From a virus (Duplodnaviria; Heunggongvirae; Uroviricota; Caudoviricetes): a stretch of DNA of 31,096 nucleotides. This document shows positions 17,287 to 24,968 of this stretch, in pieces. The stretch's first letter is position 1; every line of letters begins with the position of its first letter. A model generated the notes under the pieces. That model did not search any database and was not told the DNA's origin. It saw nothing but the letters and a program-made list of their open reading frames with translations. Made by a program: the position numbers and the translations under genes. The stretch is from the IMG/VR virus record IMGVR_UViG_2529293246_000004, one strand, 5' to 3'.

Positions 17287-18360
17287 TTACGCTCCCGGCT
17301 CTGCGGTCGCTTTAGCCGGTGTGGAGAAATCACCGACCTTAATTTTTTCCACCAGACAACCGGCGGCGTAGTCCTCCACCACGTAATCAATGTTCATTGA
17401 CTCGTAGTTCTCCACGCGGTCGAGTTTCGGGTTTTCCTCAATCACGCGGCGATGGCTGTCATCCATGTAGTAGATGGACAGGTTTTCCAGCTTCGTGATG
17501 AGCATCGCATCCGCCGGGAAGTACGGGACGCGTACCGCCGGCAGGTTGCCGATGCGTTTCTGGCTGATGATGACGTCAGCGGCCAGCATTTCGCTGTTGT
17601 CCTGCTCCTTGTTGACGATGGGAAAATACTTGTCCGCCAGTAGCTGACGTCCCACAATCACCACAAGGTCAGGGTCTTCCTGATACCACGGCTCAATCAG
17701 GTTGTTGGTCGCATCCATCACCAGTGCATCAAGGCTGGCATAATCACCGCCCTTACCCACGCGGATGACCTCAGAGGTGGTGTGCCCTTCCTCGTCAGTG
17801 ACCTTGCTCATCACGCGCGCCGGGGCTTCATTGCGGTATTTCTGCAGCCAGCCGACCGCCACATCCTGCAGCATCGGATTGCTGCTGCGGTCAGAGGTTT
17901 CGGCACGCTTCACGCCGTTAAAACCGGCCATGATGAAATCAAGGGACTGGCGTTTGATAATGGCGTTACGGATACGGAGCTGGAAATCCTGATAACGCGC
18001 CCACAGGTCCAGCGTTTTGTAGCGGATATAAAAATCGAAGTTAATCTGGTCGCATTCGTACTTGTTTGACGCCAGCTTCGAGAAGTCCTTCGGCTGACGC
18101 TCGGTGCCACCGGCGGTGTCGGTGGTGCTGGCGATGGAGCCGGTGACGCCGATGCCAATTTTTTCCCCTTTCATTTCGCTGACCGGCACAATGTTGATGC
18201 GGGTCAGAAAGTCAGAGGACTCCTGCATGGTGTTCATCAGGGTCTGGGTGACCGACGGTTCAACGGTGAATTTTTTCGACACATCACCGGCGTCGATGCC
18301 GTTCAGTTCGGCAACACGGGACAGGTAAGCATTAAATTTAAAGCGGGTTTCCTGGCGCAT
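17287..18360 (-). CDS. N: Major capsid protein N
   Basis: 357 aa (P2 gpN precursor length), downstream of O. Confidence 0.9.
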   Translation of the reverse strand: MRQETRFKFNAYLSRVAELNGIDAGDVSKKFTVEPSVTQTLMNTMQESSDFLTRINIVPVSEMKGEKIGIGVTGSIASTTDTAGGTERQPKDFSKLASNKYECDQINFDFYIRYKTLDLWARYQDFQLRIRNAIIKRQSLDFIMAGFNGVKRAETSDRSSNPMLQDVAVGWLQKYRNEAPARVMSKVTDEEGHTTSEVIRVGKGGDYASLDALVMDATNNLIEPWYQEDPDLVVIVGRQLLADKYFPIVNKEQDNSEMLAADVIISQKRIGNLPAVRVPYFPADAMLITKLENLSIYYMDDSHRRVIEENPKLDRVENYESMNIDYVVEDYAAGCLVEKIKVGDFSTPAKATAEPGA

Positions 18361-18418
18361 AGTTTTTCCTGAAATTAAGGGTTAATCGTGAAGGTTTTCC
18401 CGGACTGACTGATGCCGG

Positions 18419-19273
18419 TCAGCAGTTCGTCATCAGGGCGTCACCGCCACCACCGGTGGCCTTGCTGCGGCGCTGCTGGGTCAGACTTTCGGTGTGGTCG
18501 AGACTGTTTTTCAGGCGGGTGAATGCCTGGCTGGTTTCATCCGCCCTGTCAGCTACATCCTGCTTAAGTGCGGAAAAGGCGGTTTCCATCTCAGCGAGGC
18601 GCTGCTCAGTGGCACTCAGTTTTTCCTGCACATGTTCAGCAACAGCGGTCACCGCTTCATGCACGTCATTCAGACGGGCGTCATCGCTGGCCTGTTTGCG
18701 GCCAAAAATGGATTTCACCTTTTCGGTCAGGGCGGTGAACACGGTTTCAGGCAGGTCTTCAAATTCCAGCTCAACAGGCGTTGCCACTGAAATCAGGTTT
18801 TCAGGGCTTAATTTGAAGCGGTTCAGGGGGTTATGTTTTGCCGTGCGGCAGAATTCCAGGTATTCCGTGCCGAGGCTTGCCGGGTCATCGGTGACGGCCA
18901 GCCCCACCAGATAACATTTGCCGGTGTTGGCAAAGTTCGGCTGAATTTCCATTGAGGTATAGACCTTCTGCGCGGCCTTGTTCATCGCGATAAGGTCATC
19001 GGTCGGGGTGATTTTCGCAAACAGCGCCCATTTGCCTTTCAGCGCCGAATCATCGTCAATCTTTTCGGCCTTCAGTTCGACCACATCGCCATAACGCTTA
19101 AAAATACCGTCAGGCAGGATGCCGCGCAGATGTTCCAGGTTAATGCGGCAACCATAGACTCGCGGGTCAAAGGTTTCGGCCATTTCCTGAATATCCTGCG
19201 CACTGATGACACGCCCGTCACAGGTGTCACCCTCAACGCCGATACGAAAGAATTTTGAGACTTTTTTTGCCAT
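18419..19273 (-). CDS. O: Capsid scaffolding protein O
   Basis: ORF 18419..19339 trimmed to MAKKVSKFFRIGVEGDTCDGR..., giving 284 aa as in P2 gpO. ATG at 19273. Confidence 0.85.
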   Translation of the reverse strand: MAKKVSKFFRIGVEGDTCDGRVISAQDIQEMAETFDPRVYGCRINLEHLRGILPDGIFKRYGDVVELKAEKIDDDSALKGKWALFAKITPTDDLIAMNKAAQKVYTSMEIQPNFANTGKCYLVGLAVTDDPASLGTEYLEFCRTAKHNPLNRFKLSPENLISVATPVELEFEDLPETVFTALTEKVKSIFGRKQASDDARLNDVHEAVTAVAEHVQEKLSATEQRLAEMETAFSALKQDVADRADETSQAFTRLKNSLDHTESLTQQRRSKATGGGGDALMTNC

Positions 19274-19446
19274 TGTCAGGAGTCCTGAATAGTGATTAGA
19301 GGAGTCACATGTCGGCATCAGTTTCCCGACGATACGCATCCTCCGCCATCAGTCCCGGATGGCTTATCACTGACACAACAGCACCTTAGCGAATCGCGGG
19401 GCGCGACTCAGTAGCCTTGCCGTGTATTCATCACGGCGAGGTATTC
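19274..19446. promoter_or_regulatory. Divergent late-promoter region (PO leftward, PP rightward)
   Basis: 173-bp gap between divergently transcribed O (minus) and P (plus), as in P2. Contains short dyads (for example CGTGtattcatCACG). Individual Ogr sites were not confidently resolved. Confidence 0.4.
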
Positions 19447-21219
19447 ATGACCATCACCACAGACACCACTCTTTTACACGACCCGCGTCGTCAGGCGGCG
19501 CTGCTGTACTGGCAGGGATTTTCCGTGCCGCAGATTGCCGCCATGTTGCAGATGAAACGCCCGACGGTGCAGAGCTGGAAACAGCGCGACGGCTGGGACA
19601 GCGTTGCCCCCATCAGCCGTGTCGAAATGAGTCTGGAAGCGCGGCTGACCCAGCTCATCATCAAACCGCAGAAAACCGGCGGTGACTTCAAGGAAATTGA
19701 CCTGCTCGGACGCCAGATTGAACGACTGGCACGGGTAAACCGTTACAGTCAGACCGGCAACGAGGCAGACCTTAATCCGAACGTCGCTAACCGCAACAAA
19801 GGCGGGCGGCGCAAACCGAAAAAGAATTTTTTCAGTGACGAGGCCATCGAAAAGCTGGAGCAGATTTTCTTTGAGCAGTCTTTCGAATATCAGTTGCACT
19901 GGTATCGCGCCGGGCTTGAGCACCGCATCCGCGATATCCTGAAATCCCGCCAGATTGGTGCAACGTTTTATTTTTCCCGCGAGGCGCTGCTGCGCGCCCT
20001 GAAAACCGGTCATAACCAGATTTTTCTGTCGGCCAGTAAAACGCAGGCGTATGTGTTCCGCGAATACATCATCGCCTTTGCCCGGCTGGTTGACGTTGAC
20101 CTGACCGGTGACCCGATTGTCCTGGGCAATAACGGCGCAAAACTGATTTTTCTCGGCACCAACTCCAACACCGCACAGAGCCATAACGGCGACCTGTACG
20201 TCGACGAGATTTTCTGGATCCCGAATTTTCAGGTACTGCGTAAGGTGGCATCAGGTATGGCCTCACAGAGTCACCTGCGCTCGACCTATTTCTCCACCCC
20301 GTCCACGCTGGCGCACGACGCCTACCCGTTCTGGTCGGGTGAACTGTTCAACCGGGGACGCGCCAGCGCCGCCGAACGCGTGGAAATCGACGTCAGTCAT
20401 AACGCCCTTGCCGGCGGGCTTCTCTGTGCGGACGGCCAGTGGCGACAGATTGTCACCATTGAGGACGCCCTGAAAGGCGGCTGCACGCTGTTCGACATTG
20501 AGCAGCTCAAACGCGAAAACAGCGCCGACGATTTTAAAAACCTGTTCATGTGTGAATTTGTTGACGACAAGGCATCGGTGTTCCCGTTCGAGGAGCTGCA
20601 ACGCTGCATGGTCGACACGCTGGAAGAATGGGAAGACTATGCACCGTTTGCCGCCAATCCGTTCGGCTCCCGCCCGGTATGGATTGGTTACGACCCGTCA
20701 CACCGTGGCGACAGCGCCGGATGCGTGGTGCTGGCACCGCCGGTGGTGGCCGGTGGCAAATTCAGAATACTTGAGCGTCACCAGTGGAAAGGCATGGACT
20801 TTGCCACCCAGGCTGAATCCATCCGCAAACTCACCGAAAAATATAACGTCGAATACATCGGTATTGATGCCACCGGCCTCGGTGTCGGCGTGTTCCAGCT
20901 CGTGCGCTCGTTCTATCCTGCCGCGCGCGATATCCGCTACACACCGGAAATGAAAACCGCAATGGTGCTCAAGGCCAAAGACGTTATCCGCCGTGGCTGT
21001 CTGGAATATGACGTCAGCGCCACCGACATCACCAGCTCGTTCATGGCTATCCGCAAGACCATGACCAGCAGCGGACGCAGCGCCACCTATGAGGCCAGCC
21101 GCAGCGAGGAAGCCAGCCACGCCGACCTCGCCTGGGCGACCATGCACGCCCTGTTAAATGAGCCACTCACCGCCGGTATCAGCACCCCGCTGACATCCAC
21201 CATTCTGGAGTTTTACTGA
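19447..21219 (+). CDS. P: Terminase large (ATPase) subunit P
   Basis: ORF 19417..21219 trimmed to MTITTDTTLLHDPRRQAALLYWQGF..., giving 590 aa as in P2 gpP. Confidence 0.9.
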   Translation: MTITTDTTLLHDPRRQAALLYWQGFSVPQIAAMLQMKRPTVQSWKQRDGWDSVAPISRVEMSLEARLTQLIIKPQKTGGDFKEIDLLGRQIERLARVNRYSQTGNEADLNPNVANRNKGGRRKPKKNFFSDEAIEKLEQIFFEQSFEYQLHWYRAGLEHRIRDILKSRQIGATFYFSREALLRALKTGHNQIFLSASKTQAYVFREYIIAFARLVDVDLTGDPIVLGNNGAKLIFLGTNSNTAQSHNGDLYVDEIFWIPNFQVLRKVASGMASQSHLRSTYFSTPSTLAHDAYPFWSGELFNRGRASAAERVEIDVSHNALAGGLLCADGQWRQIVTIEDALKGGCTLFDIEQLKRENSADDFKNLFMCEFVDDKASVFPFEELQRCMVDTLEEWEDYAPFAANPFGSRPVWIGYDPSHRGDSAGCVVLAPPVVAGGKFRILERHQWKGMDFATQAESIRKLTEKYNVEYIGIDATGLGVGVFQLVRSFYPAARDIRYTPEMKTAMVLKAKDVIRRGCLEYDVSATDITSSFMAIRKTMTSSGRSATYEASRSEEASHADLAWATMHALLNEPLTAGISTPLTSTILEFY

Positions 21220-22253
21220 TGAGCAAGAAAAAAGGGAAAACACCGCAACCTGCGGCAAAAACAATGACCGCCAGCGCCCCGAAAATGGAGGCATTCACCT
21301 TTGGTGAGCCGGTGCCGGTACTCGACCGCCGTGACATTCTGGATTACGTCGAGTGCATCAGTAACGGCAGATGGTATGAGCCGCCGGTCAGCTTTACCGG
21401 TCTGGCAAAAAGCCTGCGTGCTGCCGTGCATCACAGCTCACCGATTTACGTCAAACGCAATATTCTGGCTTCAACGTTTATCCCGCACCCGTGGCTTTCC
21501 CAGCAGGATTTCAGCCGCTTTGTGCTGGATTTTCTGGTGTTCGGTAATGCGTTTCTGGAAAAGCGTTACAGCACCACCGGCAAGGTCATCAGACTGGAAA
21601 CCTCACCGGCAAAATATACCCGCCGTGGCGTGGAGGAGGATGTTTACTGGTGGGTGCCTTCCTTCAACGAGCCGACAGCCTTCGCACCTGGCTCCGTGTT
21701 TCATCTGCTGGAGCCGGATATTAATCAGGAGCTGTACGGCCTGCCGGAATATCTCAGCGCCCTTAACTCTGCCTGGCTGAATGAGTCGGCCACGCTGTTC
21801 CGCCGCAAGTATTACGAAAACGGCGCGCATGCCGGATACATCATGTACGTTACCGATGCCGTGCAGGATCGCAACGATATCGAAATGCTTCGCGAAAACA
21901 TGGTGAAGTCGAAAGGCCGCAACAACTTTAAAAACCTGTTTCTCTATGCCCCGCAGGGGAAAGCCGACGGCATTAAAATTATCCCGCTCAGTGAAGTGGC
22001 GACGAAGGACGATTTTTTTAATATCAAAAAAGCCAGCGCCGCTGACCTGCTGGACGCACACCGCATCCCCTTTCAGTTGATGGGTGGCAAGCCGGAGAAC
22101 GTCGGGTCACTGGGCGATATTGAGAAAGTGGCAAAGGTCTTTGTCCGCAATGAGCTAATCCCGTTACAGGACAGGATTCGGGAAATAAACGGCTGGCTCG
22201 GCCAGGAGGTCATCCGCTTTAAAAACTACTCACTGGACACTGACAACGGCTGA
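21219..22253 (+). CDS. Q: Portal protein Q
   Basis: 344 aa (P2 gpQ length). ATG overlaps the P stop. Last gene before cos. Confidence 0.9.
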   Translation: MSKKKGKTPQPAAKTMTASAPKMEAFTFGEPVPVLDRRDILDYVECISNGRWYEPPVSFTGLAKSLRAAVHHSSPIYVKRNILASTFIPHPWLSQQDFSRFVLDFLVFGNAFLEKRYSTTGKVIRLETSPAKYTRRGVEEDVYWWVPSFNEPTAFAPGSVFHLLEPDINQELYGLPEYLSALNSAWLNESATLFRRKYYENGAHAGYIMYVTDAVQDRNDIEMLRENMVKSKGRNNFKNLFLYAPQGKADGIKIIPLSEVATKDDFFNIKKASAADLLDAHRIPFQLMGGKPENVGSLGDIEKVAKVFVRNELIPLQDRIREINGWLGQEVIRFKNYSLDTDNG

Positions 22254-22257
22254 ACAT

Positions 22258-22278
22258 CGCCGCCTGCGGGCGGCTTTT
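22258..22278 (+). terminator. Rho-independent terminator after Q
   Basis: CGCCC-tgc-GGGCG stem-loop followed by gc and TTTTTT, 5 nt past the Q stop codon. Confidence 0.6.
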
Positions 22279-22422
22279 TTACACCCCGTCATCACGCCCT
22301 CACACGCTCACCACCGCACAAAACAGCCCGCAGACACACCAACGCCCCGGCGCACAATCTAAACGCCATTACGACGCGCTGAGACGCTGAAAAAATAAAA
22401 TCAGCACCACCGCCAGCGCGCA

Positions 22423-22441
22423 GTGCTTTCCCCGCCTCGCC
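22423..22441. other. cos: cos site (19-nt cohesive-end sequence), internal to the element
   Basis: Plus strand reads GTGCTTTCCCCGCCTCGCC, the reverse complement of GGCGAGGCGGGGAAAGCAC, which I recall as the P2 cohesive end. The adjacent reverse-complement sequence (ACTGCGCGCTG...GGTGGTGCTGATT) also resembles the P2 left end. Confidence 0.8.
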
Positions 22442-22679
22442 CGCCCGCTTCATGGAGCGGTTTTAATGCAGTTGCATAGATACTATGGATCCGCACCAGT
22501 CCTGACCGCACGCAGCCTGAACGGACATCCCCGACGCATGCAAAAACATTCACTTGTTGCATGCAACGGCTTATTTAATGACAAACCAACTTAAATTTAC
22601 AAAATCCACAGGTATGGATACTTTGCGAACATGATAGGCTTACGAGAATTATCGTGCCTGTTTTTGAACGGAGAAAGTT

Positions 22680-23621
22680 ATGCAAGGTGAAGTTGACGAA
22701 CAGCAACCAAATGAGATTATTTCGGAGTTTGGATACTATCCAGTAGAAGTTAACATTGAGACTGAACAATTTTCTTTGCGTACTTTACCCGGTCTTATTG
22801 AGAAAGTGGAACGTATTAACAATGATAAAAACGTTGTTAATGGTTGGATATACCCTGGGAATCGAGAGGTATATAACCTTAATGGTGACTCATGCACAAT
22901 GCCTTATAGTTACCGAGTATTCGGCATGCCCAAAACGCACACACTAAAATTAAAAAACACATCCTCGTTAGAAACTCTCAACTTTGTTGTGTGGTGCCTC
23001 TCTTTTTTCAAGGGTATAAGATTGACAACCACTGACGCTGGTTTTCTTGATGCAACCACTATCAAGCCCACTAAGTTAACCGATTTTATTCTCGTTGGAT
23101 GCTCTGAAAAAGAAGTCATAGAACTGGCTCTTAATTATATAACTAACAAACAAAAGGATGCGCACTCCCCCAAAAGAATTGCGGCAGTGGTGCATGCGCT
23201 ATTCTTATCTCAAAACCCACAATACCTTCCTTTTGAAAAATTCCAGTACCTTTACATGGCACTTGATGGTTGCTTTGCTTTATCGTGGGCTGAGCATGAC
23301 AAGGCTCCTGATAAAACCCAGCCAAATCATTCCAAGCGATTAAAGTGGATGTGCAGAATTTATGGGTTATCAATCCCCACATGGGTATCAGGCAAAAAAA
23401 ACATTTCTGGCATCCGCAATGATAATTTTCATGAGGCTATTTTTTTTGGCCAACCACTTGGTTTTTCCAGTGTTAACAACAATCAATATGGTAACGATAT
23501 ATTACTGCAAATGCAGAAACTCGTTTGTCGCCTATTAGCGGCAATACTGTCGGTTAATGATTGCGGTTATCTCAAATCTTCGGTCAACTCACGAGAGTAC
23601 CATTCATTAAAATTAACTTAA
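22680..23621 (+). CDS. Hypothetical cargo protein, 313 aa, at the position P2 uses for old
   Basis: ATG at 22680 with GGAGA 7 nt upstream. AT-rich. I recognise no conserved motif and see no Walker A P-loop. Opposite strand to the early operon, as P2 old is. Confidence 0.6.
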   Translation: MQGEVDEQQPNEIISEFGYYPVEVNIETEQFSLRTLPGLIEKVERINNDKNVVNGWIYPGNREVYNLNGDSCTMPYSYRVFGMPKTHTLKLKNTSSLETLNFVVWCLSFFKGIRLTTTDAGFLDATTIKPTKLTDFILVGCSEKEVIELALNYITNKQKDAHSPKRIAAVVHALFLSQNPQYLPFEKFQYLYMALDGCFALSWAEHDKAPDKTQPNHSKRLKWMCRIYGLSIPTWVSGKKNISGIRNDNFHEAIFFGQPLGFSSVNNNQYGNDILLQMQKLVCRLLAAILSVNDCGYLKSSVNSREYHSLKLT

Positions 23622-23652
23622 TGCTAACGCCTCACTTCGTTCGTTGTTCAAC

Positions 23653-23690
23653 CCCGCCAGCACTGAAAACATGTTTCATTGCTGGCGGGG
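23653..23690 (+). terminator. Long hairpin downstream of the 313-aa gene
   Basis: CCCCGCCAGC ... GCTGGCGGGG 10-bp stem around an 18-nt loop that is itself palindromic, followed by TTCTCT. Begins about 30 nt after the stop codon. Confidence 0.45.
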
Positions 23691-23941
23691 TTCTCTATCG
23701 TCTGCGTGGTGGCGGCGCAAGGCTGGACTGACCGATATAGTTAAGCTGTTCGTAATTATCCCTGACTATTTCGGCACACCCGACTAGCTCATCGGGCGTC
23801 AGATTTTCGTTGACCATAATCTGCTGTAAACGGTGAACAATGGCCATCAACCTGACACTTTTGGTGTTATATGTGGTATCTCACATGAGATTACTGACCA
23901 AGGTGCATCTTGGTTGACTCATTTCATATCCATCCACACCA

Positions 23942-24622
23942 CTACATCTTTATTGCATATTTATTAAAAGACGCCCAGTTCAACAAAAAAACATTATTCA
24001 TATACCATTCAATATAATTTTTATTTTTAGATTGACTGTCAAGTAGCACACAAACATCAACCTGTTTATCAATCAATTTTGCAATATAAACCACAAACTC
24101 AACACTCGAATATCTCTTTGTGCCTAGCAAATATAATATTTCATCTGACAAATAATTAGACTCATGTGAAAAGACATTATCATTTAACAAAATCAATCCG
24201 CCAATCGAGTCATTTAAATCCAAAACATCCTTTGTTGCATTTATTTGCTTATTAGCTTCTTTAACTACCTTTGTTTTAATATTTTCATAAGCAAAGTTCA
24301 TTATATCATTTCTAAATCGCTTTGAGTCTGGGTGTCTTTTTATCAACTCTTCTAAATGAATAGCACCATGCCAGTTTTTTGCAAGCCAACTATCAGTTTT
24401 AACCAACTCATTCAGTTTATCATTGACATTCTTGACCCTGTCAGAAAAAAGACTTTTCATCTCCAAAATTATCTTTTTATTATCAATAAGATAATCTGCC
24501 ATCTTGCGATTCTGACCATCCTTCATCCGGAACTTATGATGAATATCATCAATAGAAATCCCTTTTTCATGCTCAACAATGAATCTCTTAACATTGTTTT
24601 CTAATTCGCTGTATTGTTTCAT
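23942..24622 (-). CDS. Hypothetical cargo protein, 226 aa, at the position P2 uses for tin
   Basis: ATG at 24622 with GGGGGA upstream. Markedly AT-rich, Lys/Asn-rich protein with no motif I recognise. Directly downstream of a small gene on the same strand. Confidence 0.6.
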   Translation of the reverse strand: MKQYSELENNVKRFIVEHEKGISIDDIHHKFRMKDGQNRKMADYLIDNKKIILEMKSLFSDRVKNVNDKLNELVKTDSWLAKNWHGAIHLEELIKRHPDSKRFRNDIMNFAYENIKTKVVKEANKQINATKDVLDLNDSIGGLILLNDNVFSHESNYLSDEILYLLGTKRYSSVEFVVYIAKLIDKQVDVCVLLDSQSKNKNYIEWYMNNVFLLNWASFNKYAIKM

Positions 24623-24649
24623 TCTTTCCCCCGTGAATTTTATTGTGAT

Positions 24650-24841
24650 TCACTTACGTGGACGACACAGCATACCACTTTTACTCTCTGCTATTTCCAG
24701 TAAATCAATGGAGAATGACTCCTCGTGCAAAACTCCTTCTTTATCATGCCAAATACATTTAGCATGAGTCTCAGTAGAGTCAGATACAGTCATTTTAAAT
24801 CCACCGCTTTTCAAACAAACAACATCTGCAGGCTTTAACAT
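24650..24841 (-). CDS. Small DUF2158/YodC-like protein, 63 aa
   Basis: ORF 24650..24925 trimmed to the ATG at 24841, which has GGAGA 5-6 nt upstream. Sequence MLKPADVVCLKSGGFKMTVSDSTETHAKCIWHDKEGVLHEESF resembles the GD-VV-LKSGGP-MTV...C-W core of YodC-like small proteins. First gene of a two-gene minus-strand unit. Confidence 0.55.
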   Translation of the reverse strand: MLKPADVVCLKSGGFKMTVSDSTETHAKCIWHDKEGVLHEESFSIDLLEIAESKSGMLCRPRK

Positions 24842-24968
24842 TTTTGTCTCCAACATTTTTAAGTAATGCATTATAACATAATGATATTGACGTAGATTTA
24901 ATGCATGCAACCATATAAAAAACAATCAATTACAGTCAAAACTGCTTAATACTGTATAGATGAGATCA

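Noticed and set aside
22254-22680. Possible attachment site or tRNA near cos
   Set aside because: No cloverleaf-like structure or tRNA-typical conserved motifs seen. The region matches the expected cos-proximal packaging region, and att is expected outside the window next to int and ogr.
22680-23621. Considered calling the 313-aa protein an OLD-family nuclease because of its position
   Set aside because: It has no Walker A (GxxxxGK[ST]) motif visible and is about half the size of OLD proteins, so position alone does not justify the name.
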